Virus record (IMG/VR): IMGVR_UViG_3300048839_001000
Span: 1-56,456 of that record
Origin: a virus
Taxonomy: Duplodnaviria > Caudoviricetes
Direction: 5' to 3' (one strand)
DNA length: 56,456 nucleotides
Part shown: positions 36,616-46,674 of the stretch, one piece after another
Layout: the number at the start of each line of letters is the position of its first letter
Numbering within the stretch: the first letter of the stretch is position 1
Position numbers and translations under genes: made by a program
Notes under the pieces: generated by a model
Told to the model about the DNA's origin: nothing
Databases searched by the model: none
Seen by the model: only the letters and a program-made list of their open reading frames with translations

Positions 36616-37494
36616 TCACGACGATCGCGAGGTGCGCAGTCCATGGGCAATCTTCTGCGTCGGCGACAGATTACGTCCATCATCTCCGCCACCGCCGCCC
36701 TTCGAGCCAGGTCGGTATCCCATTCCGCCTGCGCGTTCGGACAAGAACAGATTTGCGAAGTCATCCGAAGAGCGCATCTGAGCGACGAATTTGTCCACGG
36801 TGAGCTTCTGCTCCTCGAGGACTCCCTTGTCGTTCTTCACGCGCACCTTGACGAGCACCACGTGCTTGCCCGTCGGGATCAACTTCTCGTCCTTCTCATC
36901 CTCGACGACTGTCATGGGCCGCACAATTGCTTCGATCTGCTGCGGGTTGAAAGCCTTGTGCAGCGCGGCTGCGCGACTGATCTCGGTGGAGACCATTGCC
37001 CCGGTGTACAACGCCCAGTTCTGCTCGGCGCGAGCCTTCTCGGCATTCGCCTTCGCTTCGTAGTCGTTGCGCACCCTCTCGATCTCCTTCTTGGCGCGAT
37101 CCTTCTCGCTGAGCAGCGCGTCCTCGAGCTCGTTGCTTCTCTTCTCGAGTGCTTGCCTCTCAGCATCCGTCAGGCCTTGCGCCTTCTTCAGCCGATTGAT
37201 CTCATCGAGATGCTTCTCGGTGATCTCTCTCCGCTGCTTGGCCACGACGCGATCCATCTCAGCTTGGGTGAACGTCTTCGTTGACGGTGACGTAGCGGGT
37301 GTCCCCGTCGAGCCATCGCCAGTTCCGCCGTCTCCCGTGCCTCCGGATGCGTCGCCAGTCCCACCGCCGCCGCCACCGTCGCCGTCGGGGATGAGACAGA
37401 GCCCGAGTCCAAACGGCGTGAAGTGGTACACGCGCCGCCGAGACCACGAGCACGACCAATTGCCCAGACCATTCACTTCCGTTCCATGCAACAT
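36616..37494 (-). CDS. capsid scaffolding protein
   Basis: Gly-rich N-terminus, KTFTQAEMD, coiled coil, LSPTQKIAHGL C-terminus; directly before the capsid gene. Confidence 0.8.
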   Translation of the reverse strand: MLHGTEVNGLGNWSCSWSRRRVYHFTPFGLGLCLIPDGDGGGGGGTGDASGGTGDGGTGDGSTGTPATSPSTKTFTQAEMDRVVAKQRREITEKHLDEINRLKKAQGLTDAERQALEKRSNELEDALLSEKDRAKKEIERVRNDYEAKANAEKARAEQNWALYTGAMVSTEISRAAALHKAFNPQQIEAIVRPMTVVEDEKDEKLIPTGKHVVLVKVRVKNDKGVLEEQKLTVDKFVAQMRSSDDFANLFLSERAGGMGYRPGSKGGGGGDDGRNLSPTQKIAHGLRTSRSS

Positions 37495-37574
37495 CGTCGG
37501 ACCTCCTCTTTACTCGCGCGTCGAAATCGCCCGACGCTAGGCTGTGACGAGCTACTCGCTCGCTGACTGTGCTT

Positions 37575-38045
37575 TTAGTTCACCCTCAACAAATCGATCT
37601 CTGTCTCATCGACGAGCCACTTGCGAAGCAGTTGCGCCGCGCGAATGCTTGGAAGACCAGCCGCCATCCCGAGCGGAGCCAACGCGCCATTCGCGTCGTA
37701 ACTGCGCGACGTATCGCCGATCGACTCCGACGTGACACCTGCTTTGCTGATTGACATCTCCTCAGGAAGTCTGCCCTTGAGCAGCTCCAACGCCACCTCG
37801 CAGCAGGCCTGCAGCACCTCTTCGGGTACGTACAGATCGCCATCACGAGGAAACTCGTGATCCTGCGTCTCGTCGGTCTTCTCAAGGACAAACTCACAAC
37901 TGTCGATGAGCCGCGTTGCGTGCTTCAACGCCTTGTTACGATCAGCGACGCTCGCGCTGTCCCATGCAGTCGTCCCCATCCGCTCAGCGAAATACTCCGC
38001 GGCGTAGATGGAGTCTGCGTACGGTACCGTCGGGATCGTGCTCAT
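37575..38045 (-). CDS. head-tail adaptor (DnaT-like/gp6-like)
   Basis: YA...A..YF..R....W...ALKHATRLID...EFPR...VP.EV..A..E.A. Confidence 0.75.
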   Translation of the reverse strand: MSTIPTVPYADSIYAAEYFAERMGTTAWDSASVADRNKALKHATRLIDSCEFVLEKTDETQDHEFPRDGDLYVPEEVLQACCEVALELLKGRLPEEMSISKAGVTSESIGDTSRSYDANGALAPLGMAAGLPSIRAAQLLRKWLVDETEIDLLRVN

Positions 38046-38203
38046 CGTTTCCCGTCCTTCAATTTCTCAAGCGCCTTGTCGAGCAGGCGCTGCATGTCGG
38101 CGCCAGTTGGACGGCCAGTCACCCGCACCCGCCCTGTGGAGGGGTCCCCAGGTGGGTGCGGAGTGAACTGACCGTTTTCTCTTCGCACGTGGAACTTACC
38201 CAC
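38042..38203 (-). CDS. 53-aa hypothetical protein
   Basis: GTG start behind GGAGG; HVRRENGQF motif. Confidence 0.55.
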   Translation of the reverse strand: MGKFHVRRENGQFTPHPPGDPSTGRVRVTGRPTGADMQRLLDKALEKLKDGKR

Positions 38204-38213
38204 GTGATTCCTC

Positions 38214-38585
38214 CTAGGCCTGGCGGGCGCGGCCGGCAGCCGTCTGCCACGCATCCATAGTCTGATCGTGGGGAACCGTCATCTGCTGCGCGGTGCCGTC
38301 GGCGAACGGACTCGCACCCATGATCGGCGTCACCGTGACACGCAGACTCACCGAGCCGTCGGCGCCGACGACAGGAAGCGCTTCCAGCTTGAAGAGCGTC
38401 TGAACGTCTGCGCCGCCGGATTCGTCAGCGTCGGCTTTGAACAGCGCGTGAAGCTCGCCGGTTGTGCCAGTACCACTGATGTCAACCGGTGCATCGGGCT
38501 TTTCAGACGCGAACAGCGTTACGTCGATGCCCGTGCTGTTGACCACCACCGACTTCGGTCGATCGTAACTGAACGTCTTTGGCAT
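38214..38585 (-). CDS. hypothetical (head-region) protein
   Basis: 123 aa, GAGGAGGAG RBS. Confidence 0.7.
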   Translation of the reverse strand: MPKTFSYDRPKSVVVNSTGIDVTLFASEKPDAPVDISGTGTTGELHALFKADADESGGADVQTLFKLEALPVVGADGSVSLRVTVTPIMGASPFADGTAQQMTVPHDQTMDAWQTAAGRARQA

Positions 38586-38635
38586 GTTCGTCTCCTCCTC
38601 ATTGTTCTACGTGCCTCGCGCCACGCGGCGCGTAG

Positions 38636-38962
38636 TTAGTATCCTCGGGCGTTTTTCGCTGCTGCTCTCTGTAACCAGCTCACCTCGCGTGACGTACTGT
38701 ATTTAGACGTGTGCACTGCTGCGCGCGCCCTCTTAACCGCGCCGGCCCGCGCCAACTTGACCGCCTTCGCATGCTGCCCTGGTTTGTATGCACCCGAACC
38801 TTTGGCAGCTGAAGCAGCTGCCCAATCCTTTGCGCGTTGAACCGCGCCAGCCTGCGCCAGCTTGACCGCTTTCGCATGCTGCCCGGGTTTGTACGCACCG
38901 CCGTTGCCACCGCCTCCCTTACTCCCAAAGCGGCCCTTTGCATCGTGGTAAGGATTAGGCAT
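38636..38962 (-). CDS. small basic protein with internal duplication
   Basis: NPYHDAKGRF N-terminus; two copies of GAYKPGQHAKAVKLAxAGAVxRA. Confidence 0.7.
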   Translation of the reverse strand: MPNPYHDAKGRFGSKGGGGNGGAYKPGQHAKAVKLAQAGAVQRAKDWAAASAAKGSGAYKPGQHAKAVKLARAGAVKRARAAVHTSKYSTSREVSWLQRAAAKNARGY

Positions 38963-38965
38963 TGT

Positions 38966-40219
38966 TCACCTCGCTCCTGCTGGTTGCCTGACGCCACGCT
39001 TCTCATCGCGCTTCGCACGACGATTAGTGACGTCTGAAGGAACACCCGGCCTTTCGCCGAATGTGAATCGTACCTTCTTCTCCGCAGCGACGTCCTCGCG
39101 GCGAAGCGTCTCTTTGCTCACCTTACGCACCCCGAGCTTCTCGGCGAGCGACTGCAGTCGAGCGTCGCCGGGGTGCAGTGAGAGCGCGCGGCGCACCACC
39201 TCAGGGTCAGTGCGCGTAGTCAAGTCTGGCGCAACGAGATCGGTGAACGGCACTTTGCCGCTGCGCCACAGACTGTTCTTGATCTCTGAGCCAGTGACGT
39301 TGATCGTGGCGTCCGACGGTTGTTTGCGGAGCCACGATTCAAAGCGCGTGTTCGACGGAATCAATTCCGTCCTACGACTCCGCTCACCACTCTCCAGCAG
39401 AGGACGTGCTCGTACGTACTCCTCTTTGTCCGGCTCACCATCTTCCTTAAGGTGCGGTGTCAGCACGCACCGACAGTTCGGATGGAGCGGCGGTCCGGGC
39501 GGCTTTGAACCAAGCGGGAAGAACGTGCCGTGGAGCACGCCACACCGCACGCAGACGCGTTCATCGAGGGTGGCGTCCCACGTGTATCCGTCGAGCACAT
39601 CCTCGTTGGCTTCGTATGCCATGCGCAACGCGTCATTGCTCGCGGCGGCAAGGTTCGTGCGCACCATGCGCGCGGCCGCTGTCTCAGTGAGCGTCGCAAT
39701 CTCTTCCACCTCTGTCGCGATCTCGCCTATCGACGATCCTTCCGCGAGACCGCCAACGAGCGCCGTGCGGAGGTCTTCCTCCATGCCTGACGCAATGCGC
39801 CGCGCCGACTGAAGAGGCGTGACTCCAAACAACGGGCGCGCAGCCATTTCACGAACAGCACCCTCCGGCACTTGTGAGAACGTAGCAGCGAGCGACACTC
39901 GCTGACCCGCTTCCTCGGCGAGGCGCGTGGCGTCTGCGAGCGTATTCAGTATGACTCGCTCTCGCATCGCGTTGACCACTGTTCCCGCGTCCTCTGCCGC
40001 CATCCTTGCGAGCCCACTCACCTCGGCGAGCACCGCCTCCGCCTGTCCTTTGATGTAGACGACTGACTGGCCAGCCTCCTCCATTTTGCGCAGCATGTCG
40101 ATGCGCTCTTGCAGGCGCTCTGAAGCGTACTCGTACCCACGCTGCACGCGGCGCACGGCCTCCCGTTCACCGCGCATTGCGGCTGACCGAGCATCGATGA
40201 TGTCGTCGATGAAGCTCAT
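38966..40219 (-). CDS. MuF/SPP1 gp7-like minor head protein
   Basis: RMVRT, WDATLDERVC..C..LHG, PPLHPNCRC. Confidence 0.9.
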   Translation of the reverse strand: MSFIDDIIDARSAAMRGEREAVRRVQRGYEYASERLQERIDMLRKMEEAGQSVVYIKGQAEAVLAEVSGLARMAAEDAGTVVNAMRERVILNTLADATRLAEEAGQRVSLAATFSQVPEGAVREMAARPLFGVTPLQSARRIASGMEEDLRTALVGGLAEGSSIGEIATEVEEIATLTETAAARMVRTNLAAASNDALRMAYEANEDVLDGYTWDATLDERVCVRCGVLHGTFFPLGSKPPGPPLHPNCRCVLTPHLKEDGEPDKEEYVRARPLLESGERSRRTELIPSNTRFESWLRKQPSDATINVTGSEIKNSLWRSGKVPFTDLVAPDLTTRTDPEVVRRALSLHPGDARLQSLAEKLGVRKVSKETLRREDVAAEKKVRFTFGERPGVPSDVTNRRAKRDEKRGVRQPAGAR

Positions 40220-42036
40220 CAGTTAGCCGCGGCTCCCTCACCCGTTTCCTCGTCGTCCGTCTCGTCTTCATCTTCTACTTTGGCGGGCTCCTCTAACTTC
40301 CCGGCGGCGCGCTTCCTCATGAGTTCGCGCTCTTCAGGCAACATCATACCGATCATCCCCGTGGAGCCAGTGCCAAAGCCAGCACGCTGATCCGCCGCCT
40401 TCGCCGCTTCGCTGGAGACGGCGTCCGTCTCCCCTGGCGGATAGCCGCGTATCGTTGATGCAGTGGACTTCGACACGAGGAGCGCCTCGACATCTGCCTT
40501 GACCATGGCGGCACGTTCGACGGACTCATCCATCGGGATCGCTGCGTCCACCTCTGCCTTAGCGGCAATCAGCACCTGCTCGTCCACTTCGCCTTCGAGT
40601 TGTGACTCGATGATCTGCTTAGACATCTCCTTCTGGTACGTCGCGCTGCGCACCGCTCCACGCGCCTTAACGAGGCGGTCGAGCTCGGCGGCGCGTTCTT
40701 CATCGCTCGTGTCCTTGTACTCGTCAGGATAATCGACGCCGCCGATCTCTGGATTGGCGCCGAGATAGAGATGCACGAGCTCACAGACCGTTCTCTCACC
40801 TGACTCGAGCTGTGTCGCGATGTACCGTAGGCCAGCGGACAAACCAACGCGATCCTGTTTCTTCGATTCTCCCGACTGCTGCACCGCGGCGACGCTGAGC
40901 GATGTGAGCGCGAGGTCGCACGCTGCACGAATACGTTTGGAGATGTCCGCCTGCTTATCCATCGACGCCGTGAGGTTCGCTGTGGGAGGAGCGACGTAAC
41001 CCGGCCGCTCAACTCCCTTCGTGTATCGCCGACCTTTCTGCGAGCCAACACCCTGACCGTTGTCAACGTCGTCGAGCGGATCGAGTGTATCGACGCGATC
41101 GCGATTCTGATCTGTGCCCGTCGTGAATCGCTTCTCACCGCGCGGTTTGATGATCGCTGTTGCCGGATCAAACTGCTCGGTGTACAGTGGGAAGTTTCCT
41201 CTGAACAGAAACGCCATGTCCGTGGAGCAGAGATTCATCAGCGCAATCTGCATGTCCGCCATGTCGGTCATGAGCGACTGTGAGATGCGGAACTCCGCCA
41301 CGGGCAGGCGCGGAATCTCGAGCTTCATCGCCGATTTGAAATCGCCTTTGTGATCGTAGATCTCCACCAGCGTGCCAGGCCCGACGATCGTCGTACCAGG
41401 CACCGACTCACCAGGCGCGAGGCGCCGCATGTAACGGAATTGGCGCTCCGTCCCCGTGGTCAATCCAGTAATCGGATCTACCACGTCGACGAGCAGCTCA
41501 ATGAGCACCGCAAAGAGTTCGCCGTCATCGTCATACGTCCACGACTTGCACTGCTCGGCGGTGAATGTCCACAGATACGGCATACCTGGGAGTTCATCGG
41601 CGCGCGTCGGCGGCCTTCCTTCAACAGGCATCGTCACTTGCTTGGGTGCATCCACGCAGACGTACACTTTGCTCTGCGTAAGAAGGCGCGGCAACACCTC
41701 TTCGCCGATGAACGTCGTCATCGAGGAATCGAACGTGTCGACATCCTCTTTCATCATCTCGAGGTAACGCGGGTCGCCGGCGCGTTCCACCTCGTGCAGA
41801 TGGCAGAGGAGAGCGTCACGCACATCCTCGATCGCTGACTTAGAGTCGCCGGGGTTGTACGTGACATCGAGGCGATTGTCAAAGTCTCTCTTTGTCTCGC
41901 GCTTCGAGTACCGCTTCAGGTACATCATGATGAAGTCACGGCCGCCCGCGTAGGCGTGCCAGTACTTCAGCCATTGCCCGATGTTCGCGGTGTATTCGGG
42001 GTGTGTCAGTTTGTCGAGCTTCGTCTGCTCTGCCAT
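40219..42036 (-). CDS. portal protein
   Basis: HPEY....W.....AY.GG..F...YL N-terminus; position after the large terminase. Confidence 0.85.
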   Translation of the reverse strand: MAEQTKLDKLTHPEYTANIGQWLKYWHAYAGGRDFIMMYLKRYSKRETKRDFDNRLDVTYNPGDSKSAIEDVRDALLCHLHEVERAGDPRYLEMMKEDVDTFDSSMTTFIGEEVLPRLLTQSKVYVCVDAPKQVTMPVEGRPPTRADELPGMPYLWTFTAEQCKSWTYDDDGELFAVLIELLVDVVDPITGLTTGTERQFRYMRRLAPGESVPGTTIVGPGTLVEIYDHKGDFKSAMKLEIPRLPVAEFRISQSLMTDMADMQIALMNLCSTDMAFLFRGNFPLYTEQFDPATAIIKPRGEKRFTTGTDQNRDRVDTLDPLDDVDNGQGVGSQKGRRYTKGVERPGYVAPPTANLTASMDKQADISKRIRAACDLALTSLSVAAVQQSGESKKQDRVGLSAGLRYIATQLESGERTVCELVHLYLGANPEIGGVDYPDEYKDTSDEERAAELDRLVKARGAVRSATYQKEMSKQIIESQLEGEVDEQVLIAAKAEVDAAIPMDESVERAAMVKADVEALLVSKSTASTIRGYPPGETDAVSSEAAKAADQRAGFGTGSTGMIGMMLPEERELMRKRAAGKLEEPAKVEDEDETDDEETGEGAAAN

Positions 42037-43610
42037 CAGCTCGGATCCTCCACTGACTCGCCCGCGTTAACTGAGTTGAGCATCATTCCCGCCTTGCGCA
42101 TTGCCATCTCTAGCGCGTCAGGACCGTCATCGTGATCGCCGGTCGGCACCACCGAGGCCTGCTCAACGAGCATCCTCGCGCCCGGTGAGCGGCGTTTGAA
42201 TCTGAATCGCCGGCGCGTCACGTACGGATCGAGGCGCCTGATGCGGACGATCTTGTTGACGCCGCCACATTCAAGTGGAACAATAGGCGTCATCAAGTTA
42301 CGACGAACCGCTTCATCCTCGCACTCGTTGACGATGCACTCTTGGAATTGATTGCTCTCGACGACGCAGACATCAGGGCGCATGTCGGCGCAGTACGACA
42401 CCATGTCGGTGACGAGCTGCCGCACGGGGCGCCGGCGCATGTCGCAGTCAACGTAGAACAATCCATCCTTGCCAACCACCAGAAAGACGATCGCCTGATA
42501 GTCACCGCGCTTCGCGTCCTTACCCTTTGAAGGGTCAAGAGCGATCACCGAGTATGCCCAGTCTTTGCGAGGAGGGAAGTCATCGAACCAAAGATCGTCG
42601 CCGTCGAACATCCCGCCCCATTCGCAGAGCGCGTAGTCAATCGGGTTGCACTGCATTTCCTGTTCAAACGATGCGTGGCCCATGGCGCGCATCTTCATGA
42701 GCGCGAGCACGCTGTACAACTCCGGCCACGCAACCGAGGCGCCGTCGATCATCTCCGCCTCATGCTCCCGGTAGAACTCGTCGGCCCTCGCCTCCGAGTC
42801 AGCCTCCACCGAGGAGTAGATCGCCTCCCACTGCTCCCACAAATCCATGCGCACTGGCCACTTGAAGAAGGCGCGGAAGATCTTCTTGTCCCAACCAGGT
42901 GTCTTGAGGAGCGTGGAGACGAGACACTCCTTGTGGAGCGGTGTGCCTATCACGACGACGTTCGTGTCAGCGTCGCCGGCCTTCATGACGCCGTTGAAGA
43001 ACCAATCGCGTTTGTGCTCGCGCGTGGTGGTAGAGAACTTCGAGCGATCGTTCTCAGGATCGTCGATGACAATGAGCGACGGCCGACGTGAGCCGTGGCG
43101 GCGACCACGAATGCTGTTGCCCGCGCCAAGTGCCTCGATGCAAATGCCGTTGCGCGTGACGATCATGTTCTTCGTCCACTCAACGCCTTTACCACACGCG
43201 TGCGGATAGTCTTCAATCAGGCGTTCATTCGTCTCGAGCTCGTCTTTCACCGAGGCGAGATATTTGCGTGCTTGTGGCATCGTGTCGGCGCACAACATTA
43301 TGTACGGCTCCGTGCCGAGACAAGCGTTGTAAATCGGCAAGGCAAGGGTGAAGAAGGAACTCTTGCTCGAACCACGATGCGCAAGACGACAGACATGCGA
43401 GCCGCGATGCGTCTGCAGTTGATGCGTCACGTTGATCGCAAAGTCGCGGTGCATGTAAGAGAAGGGGCGCGTGATGTAATGACCGAGGTACGTCTTGAAC
43501 CACCCGAGGAAGCCGCCGTGTTCACGCCGACGCTTAATGACAGTGCAGCGCCTCGTCTGATCGGCGAGGTGAGTGCGCATCAAGTGAAGCGCCTCGGCGG
43601 CTGCCATCAT
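42036..43610 (-). CDS. terL: terminase large subunit
   Basis: AHRGSSKS, IRGRR, IVIDDPE, IGTPLH, ALDPS, HDDGPDAL. Confidence 0.93.
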   Translation of the reverse strand: MMAAAEALHLMRTHLADQTRRCTVIKRRREHGGFLGWFKTYLGHYITRPFSYMHRDFAINVTHQLQTHRGSHVCRLAHRGSSKSSFFTLALPIYNACLGTEPYIMLCADTMPQARKYLASVKDELETNERLIEDYPHACGKGVEWTKNMIVTRNGICIEALGAGNSIRGRRHGSRRPSLIVIDDPENDRSKFSTTTREHKRDWFFNGVMKAGDADTNVVVIGTPLHKECLVSTLLKTPGWDKKIFRAFFKWPVRMDLWEQWEAIYSSVEADSEARADEFYREHEAEMIDGASVAWPELYSVLALMKMRAMGHASFEQEMQCNPIDYALCEWGGMFDGDDLWFDDFPPRKDWAYSVIALDPSKGKDAKRGDYQAIVFLVVGKDGLFYVDCDMRRRPVRQLVTDMVSYCADMRPDVCVVESNQFQECIVNECEDEAVRRNLMTPIVPLECGGVNKIVRIRRLDPYVTRRRFRFKRRSPGARMLVEQASVVPTGDHDDGPDALEMAMRKAGMMLNSVNAGESVEDPS

Positions 43611-43660
43611 GTCCCAGGTCCCTCTATATACAAGGAATCACGCGTACGTACGCGCGTACC

Positions 43661-44431
43661 TTATTCAGTATCCTCTGTCGGTTCGGCCGGCGCGAGGTCT
43701 TCGTCACGTTCAAAACCAGGATCGCTCTTCGCTATCTCATCGCGTAACGCTTTCGCCTGCGCACGAAGTTCAGCGATCTTCTCACGAGCATCAGATGTTA
43801 ATGACTCACGAGCAGCGGCACTGCTATTGCCGATGCCGACGCCGCTGTTATCGTTCTGCATCGGCTCGATGGGCTGTCTACCGAGCGATACGTGATCACG
43901 CCTGAAGCCAGACATATCTTGTGGGAGCGGCATCTCGAGGATCGCCGATACCACAGACTCCGCGAGATCTGGCTCCACCTTCTTCGAGAGTTCATCGGCG
44001 ATCAACTGGATGAAGAAGAGGAGCACCTCCGTCGGAATCATGCCCTTCGTGCGTTGTTCGAGGCGCGCCACCACGTCGCACATCTTACCGATCTCTGAGG
44101 ACAATGATGTGATAGCGGCAATCGCGTGCGCAGACAACTCCTTTGACTCAGTCGCCTGGCACGATGAAATCACCCCGTCGAGACACACGCGCATGAGCGC
44201 CAGCTCGTTGTCCAACGTGTAACGATCATCCGCCTTGAGCATCATCTCGAACGTCTGTTGAAGCTGAGGCGATTTGAATTGGTACATACCACTCTTGAAA
44301 CGACGAGCGTGATGCGGCAGATGATCAGGGCAACGAGTCGTACCGAGCATTGCACGATGCGTGCAGCCTTCATACTCACACTTGCGTGCGCCATTTTCAG
44401 CTAGACAAGGCTCAGTATGTCGCTTGTGCAT
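43661..44431 (-). CDS. terminase small subunit-like protein
   Basis: Upstream of terL; N-terminal C/H zinc motif (RCPDH) and LDNELALMR helix. Confidence 0.6.
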   Translation of the reverse strand: MHKRHTEPCLAENGARKCEYEGCTHRAMLGTTRCPDHLPHHARRFKSGMYQFKSPQLQQTFEMMLKADDRYTLDNELALMRVCLDGVISSCQATESKELSAHAIAAITSLSSEIGKMCDVVARLEQRTKGMIPTEVLLFFIQLIADELSKKVEPDLAESVVSAILEMPLPQDMSGFRRDHVSLGRQPIEPMQNDNSGVGIGNSSAAARESLTSDAREKIAELRAQAKALRDEIAKSDPGFERDEDLAPAEPTEDTE

Positions 44432-44469
44432 CTGCTACCTCGTGACAATATGTTCCCAAATCTGAGGTT

Positions 44470-44499
44470 ATTATATCCTACACCACTGCAATTGTACAC
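44470..44499 (-). promoter_or_regulatory. putative late promoter GTGTAC-N18-TATAAT
   Basis: Upstream of the packaging operon; same motif as the other promoters. Confidence 0.6.
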
Positions 44500-44847
44500 G
44501 CCTGGAACATTGCAAATAGCACGTTGCGCCAAGTTTCTTTACACCACAGACAACTCACAAACTCCTCCGCCTCATCACCACAGGAGTAGACTCACCGACA
44601 GATCCTCCGAATAAGTCGCCGTCGAAGCGTAACAACCATGTGCATGTGGGTAACCACTACGTGCGTACGGGAACCGCCATTACTGAAAGAACCAACCTAG
44701 AAAAGGTATAATATATAAGATCCAAATTAATCAAGTATTATATGTATTTACAACTTGGCTTCGTGAGATATACTACCCGGAGGGTACCCTTACCTTTACC
44801 CCATATACATACCGTTGTTACGCGGAATGGGCATACGTCTGAAGACT

Positions 44848-45204
44848 TTACTGGAGGTACGCAGAAGAACGTCGAACTACGCGTTCCGCTCTTCTCAATA
44901 TCTTGTGTTGCTCCACAGCCATCTTCACAGCAATATCAAACTCTATTCCATTTGGAGCGGTACCAACCTCTTCAGAGAGTGTCTCATATCTCTCAAGTAC
45001 TCTCACATATTCGTCGCACGCCGCTTTGAAGAATGCCACCCGTTGTGCTCTCTTCAATGCTTTCTTTCGTGATCTTATATCGTCATTTACAGTGGTCTTG
45101 ACGCGTGTTCTTTTCATCTCACGTTCTTTACGCAGAAACTCTTCACATTCTGCTTTGCGTAATGCGCAAAGTTTATTGTACTCTTCATCCACTATCTTCT
45201 TCAT
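44848..45204 (-). CDS. basic hypothetical protein
   Basis: MKKIV start with AAGGAG RBS. Confidence 0.6.
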   Translation of the reverse strand: MKKIVDEEYNKLCALRKAECEEFLRKEREMKRTRVKTTVNDDIRSRKKALKRAQRVAFFKAACDEYVRVLERYETLSEEVGTAPNGIEFDIAVKMAVEQHKILRRAERVVRRSSAYLQ

Positions 45205-45305
45205 TCTCTTCTCCTTTATCAACTGTTGATCCTAATCCACAAATTTGAAAGCCCTGCTAGCCAAACAATGCACCCCCGTCGATCGCTCCTCTTCAACAGT
45301 GGCAC

Positions 45306-45944
45306 TTAGACAATCCAATTTCCATCTTCTTGCATACGTTTGATTTTAGCTTCAACTCCCACAGTATGATTGTAATGATAACAAACAGCTTCGTTCAACT
45401 TAAGTGGGTAGGCTCCAACTGGAAATTGATCTGACGGAAACATTCTCAATCTATCTTTGGTATGATTCCATCGCCACCTTTTTTCTATATACTCATCGTC
45501 CGATCTCAATGGTCCATTGGGGGTGAGAAATCTAATAGCGAAGTTTGTCGGTCGAGCGGCGACAATCCCCATACATACTGTCTTATCGACGTTCTGCTGC
45601 GCGCATATGTCCCACGCACCATCCGGTAAATACCTCCTGATGTCGTCAAATACAACGACGTCAGGATCAATGTAGAATACGTCTGAGATTTTCAATCTGT
45701 CGACGATGGTTTCTAATTTCCAACGCACTACTTCGCCCCAGCTACCCTGCGTGTACAGCTGCTCTCCTTTTGGGAGATAACAAGGTCGGACTACAACTCC
45801 ACATTTGAGATCGTATTCTCTGCGTGTTTCCTCATCCGGGACAACGACGACAATGTCCGTCGATGGTACATACCTTAATAGATGTGCGACGGCATTCGCC
45901 ACCATCTGCCTGTAAGCCATCGTTCCCGTCAGTAAAAACTTCAT
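45306..45944 (-). CDS. nucleotide-diphospho-sugar transferase (GT77-like)
   Basis: K...DPDVV, CMG, DDE, FPVG, HYN, KIKRM...W. Confidence 0.8.
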   Translation of the reverse strand: MKFLLTGTMAYRQMVANAVAHLLRYVPSTDIVVVVPDEETRREYDLKCGVVVRPCYLPKGEQLYTQGSWGEVVRWKLETIVDRLKISDVFYIDPDVVVFDDIRRYLPDGAWDICAQQNVDKTVCMGIVAARPTNFAIRFLTPNGPLRSDDEYIEKRWRWNHTKDRLRMFPSDQFPVGAYPLKLNEAVCYHYNHTVGVEAKIKRMQEDGNWIV

Positions 45945-45957
45945 TCCTTCCTCCTCG

Positions 45958-46584
45958 TTAAGGTTTAATCCGAAGCAATTCGTTGTGCGTGAGTCTTCGT
46001 CCATCGTGCATCCCGCTGTGTCTCTCAATCCACGTCGCCCTACTATTGCAGATGTTTGATCCATGCGACGTCTGAAAGCACGCGTACGGTGTTGGAACGA
46101 CGCCTTCGAGGACACCATCGCAAATGCACTGGCACGTCATTCTATCAACAACGTCTTGCGGTGTGTCGAGTAAAATTCGCGCGACTGACGGTGTTACAAC
46201 GTAAGCGTGCACTCCTTTTGCGAACTGCAACGTAGACAGTCCGCCTGGGGTGTAGTTCGAGAATGTCGCATGTATAACACCGAAGAAGAATATTGTCGTC
46301 GGTGATAGCGGCATTACTTCGTGCCTTCTAATGAAGAAGGCATCGTCCTCGTATATAGCCGTGGTTTCATTGCGCTTTGCGATCTCTCGCCACACATTCA
46401 AGTGTGCATCTGTAACGATAGTCTCTCGTTCATGCTCCGTTTCAGTAGTGAAATCGGCACCGAGAATAACCTCAGGCATCGGCATTCCAACGTTGCACAT
46501 GGTGCCAAGTGAAACTCGGAGTATCTTTGCACGCGCAGGCGCCGACAATATCACATGACGCTTAATGTATGTCGTCTGGTCCAC
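45958..46584 (-). CDS. GT25-like glycosyltransferase
   Basis: AHLNVWREI...IYEDDA, GVHAYVVT, VDR. Confidence 0.7.
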   Translation of the reverse strand: MDQTTYIKRHVILSAPARAKILRVSLGTMCNVGMPMPEVILGADFTTETEHERETIVTDAHLNVWREIAKRNETTAIYEDDAFFIRRHEVMPLSPTTIFFFGVIHATFSNYTPGGLSTLQFAKGVHAYVVTPSVARILLDTPQDVVDRMTCQCICDGVLEGVVPTPYACFQTSHGSNICNSRATWIERHSGMHDGRRLTHNELLRIKP

Positions 46585-46607
46585 GGTGTCCTCAATTCAT
46601 CAAGTAA

Positions 46608-46667
46608 GCTGCGCCGGCGGCTAATCGGGTGGAGAAGGCATGGCGTCCCTCTCCCCGCCGGCGCAGC
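46608..46667 (-). terminator. long GC-rich intergenic hairpin
   Basis: GCTGCGCCGGCGG...CCGCCGGCGCAGC 13-bp stem with an inner stem. Confidence 0.5.
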
Positions 46668-46674
46668 AATCATT

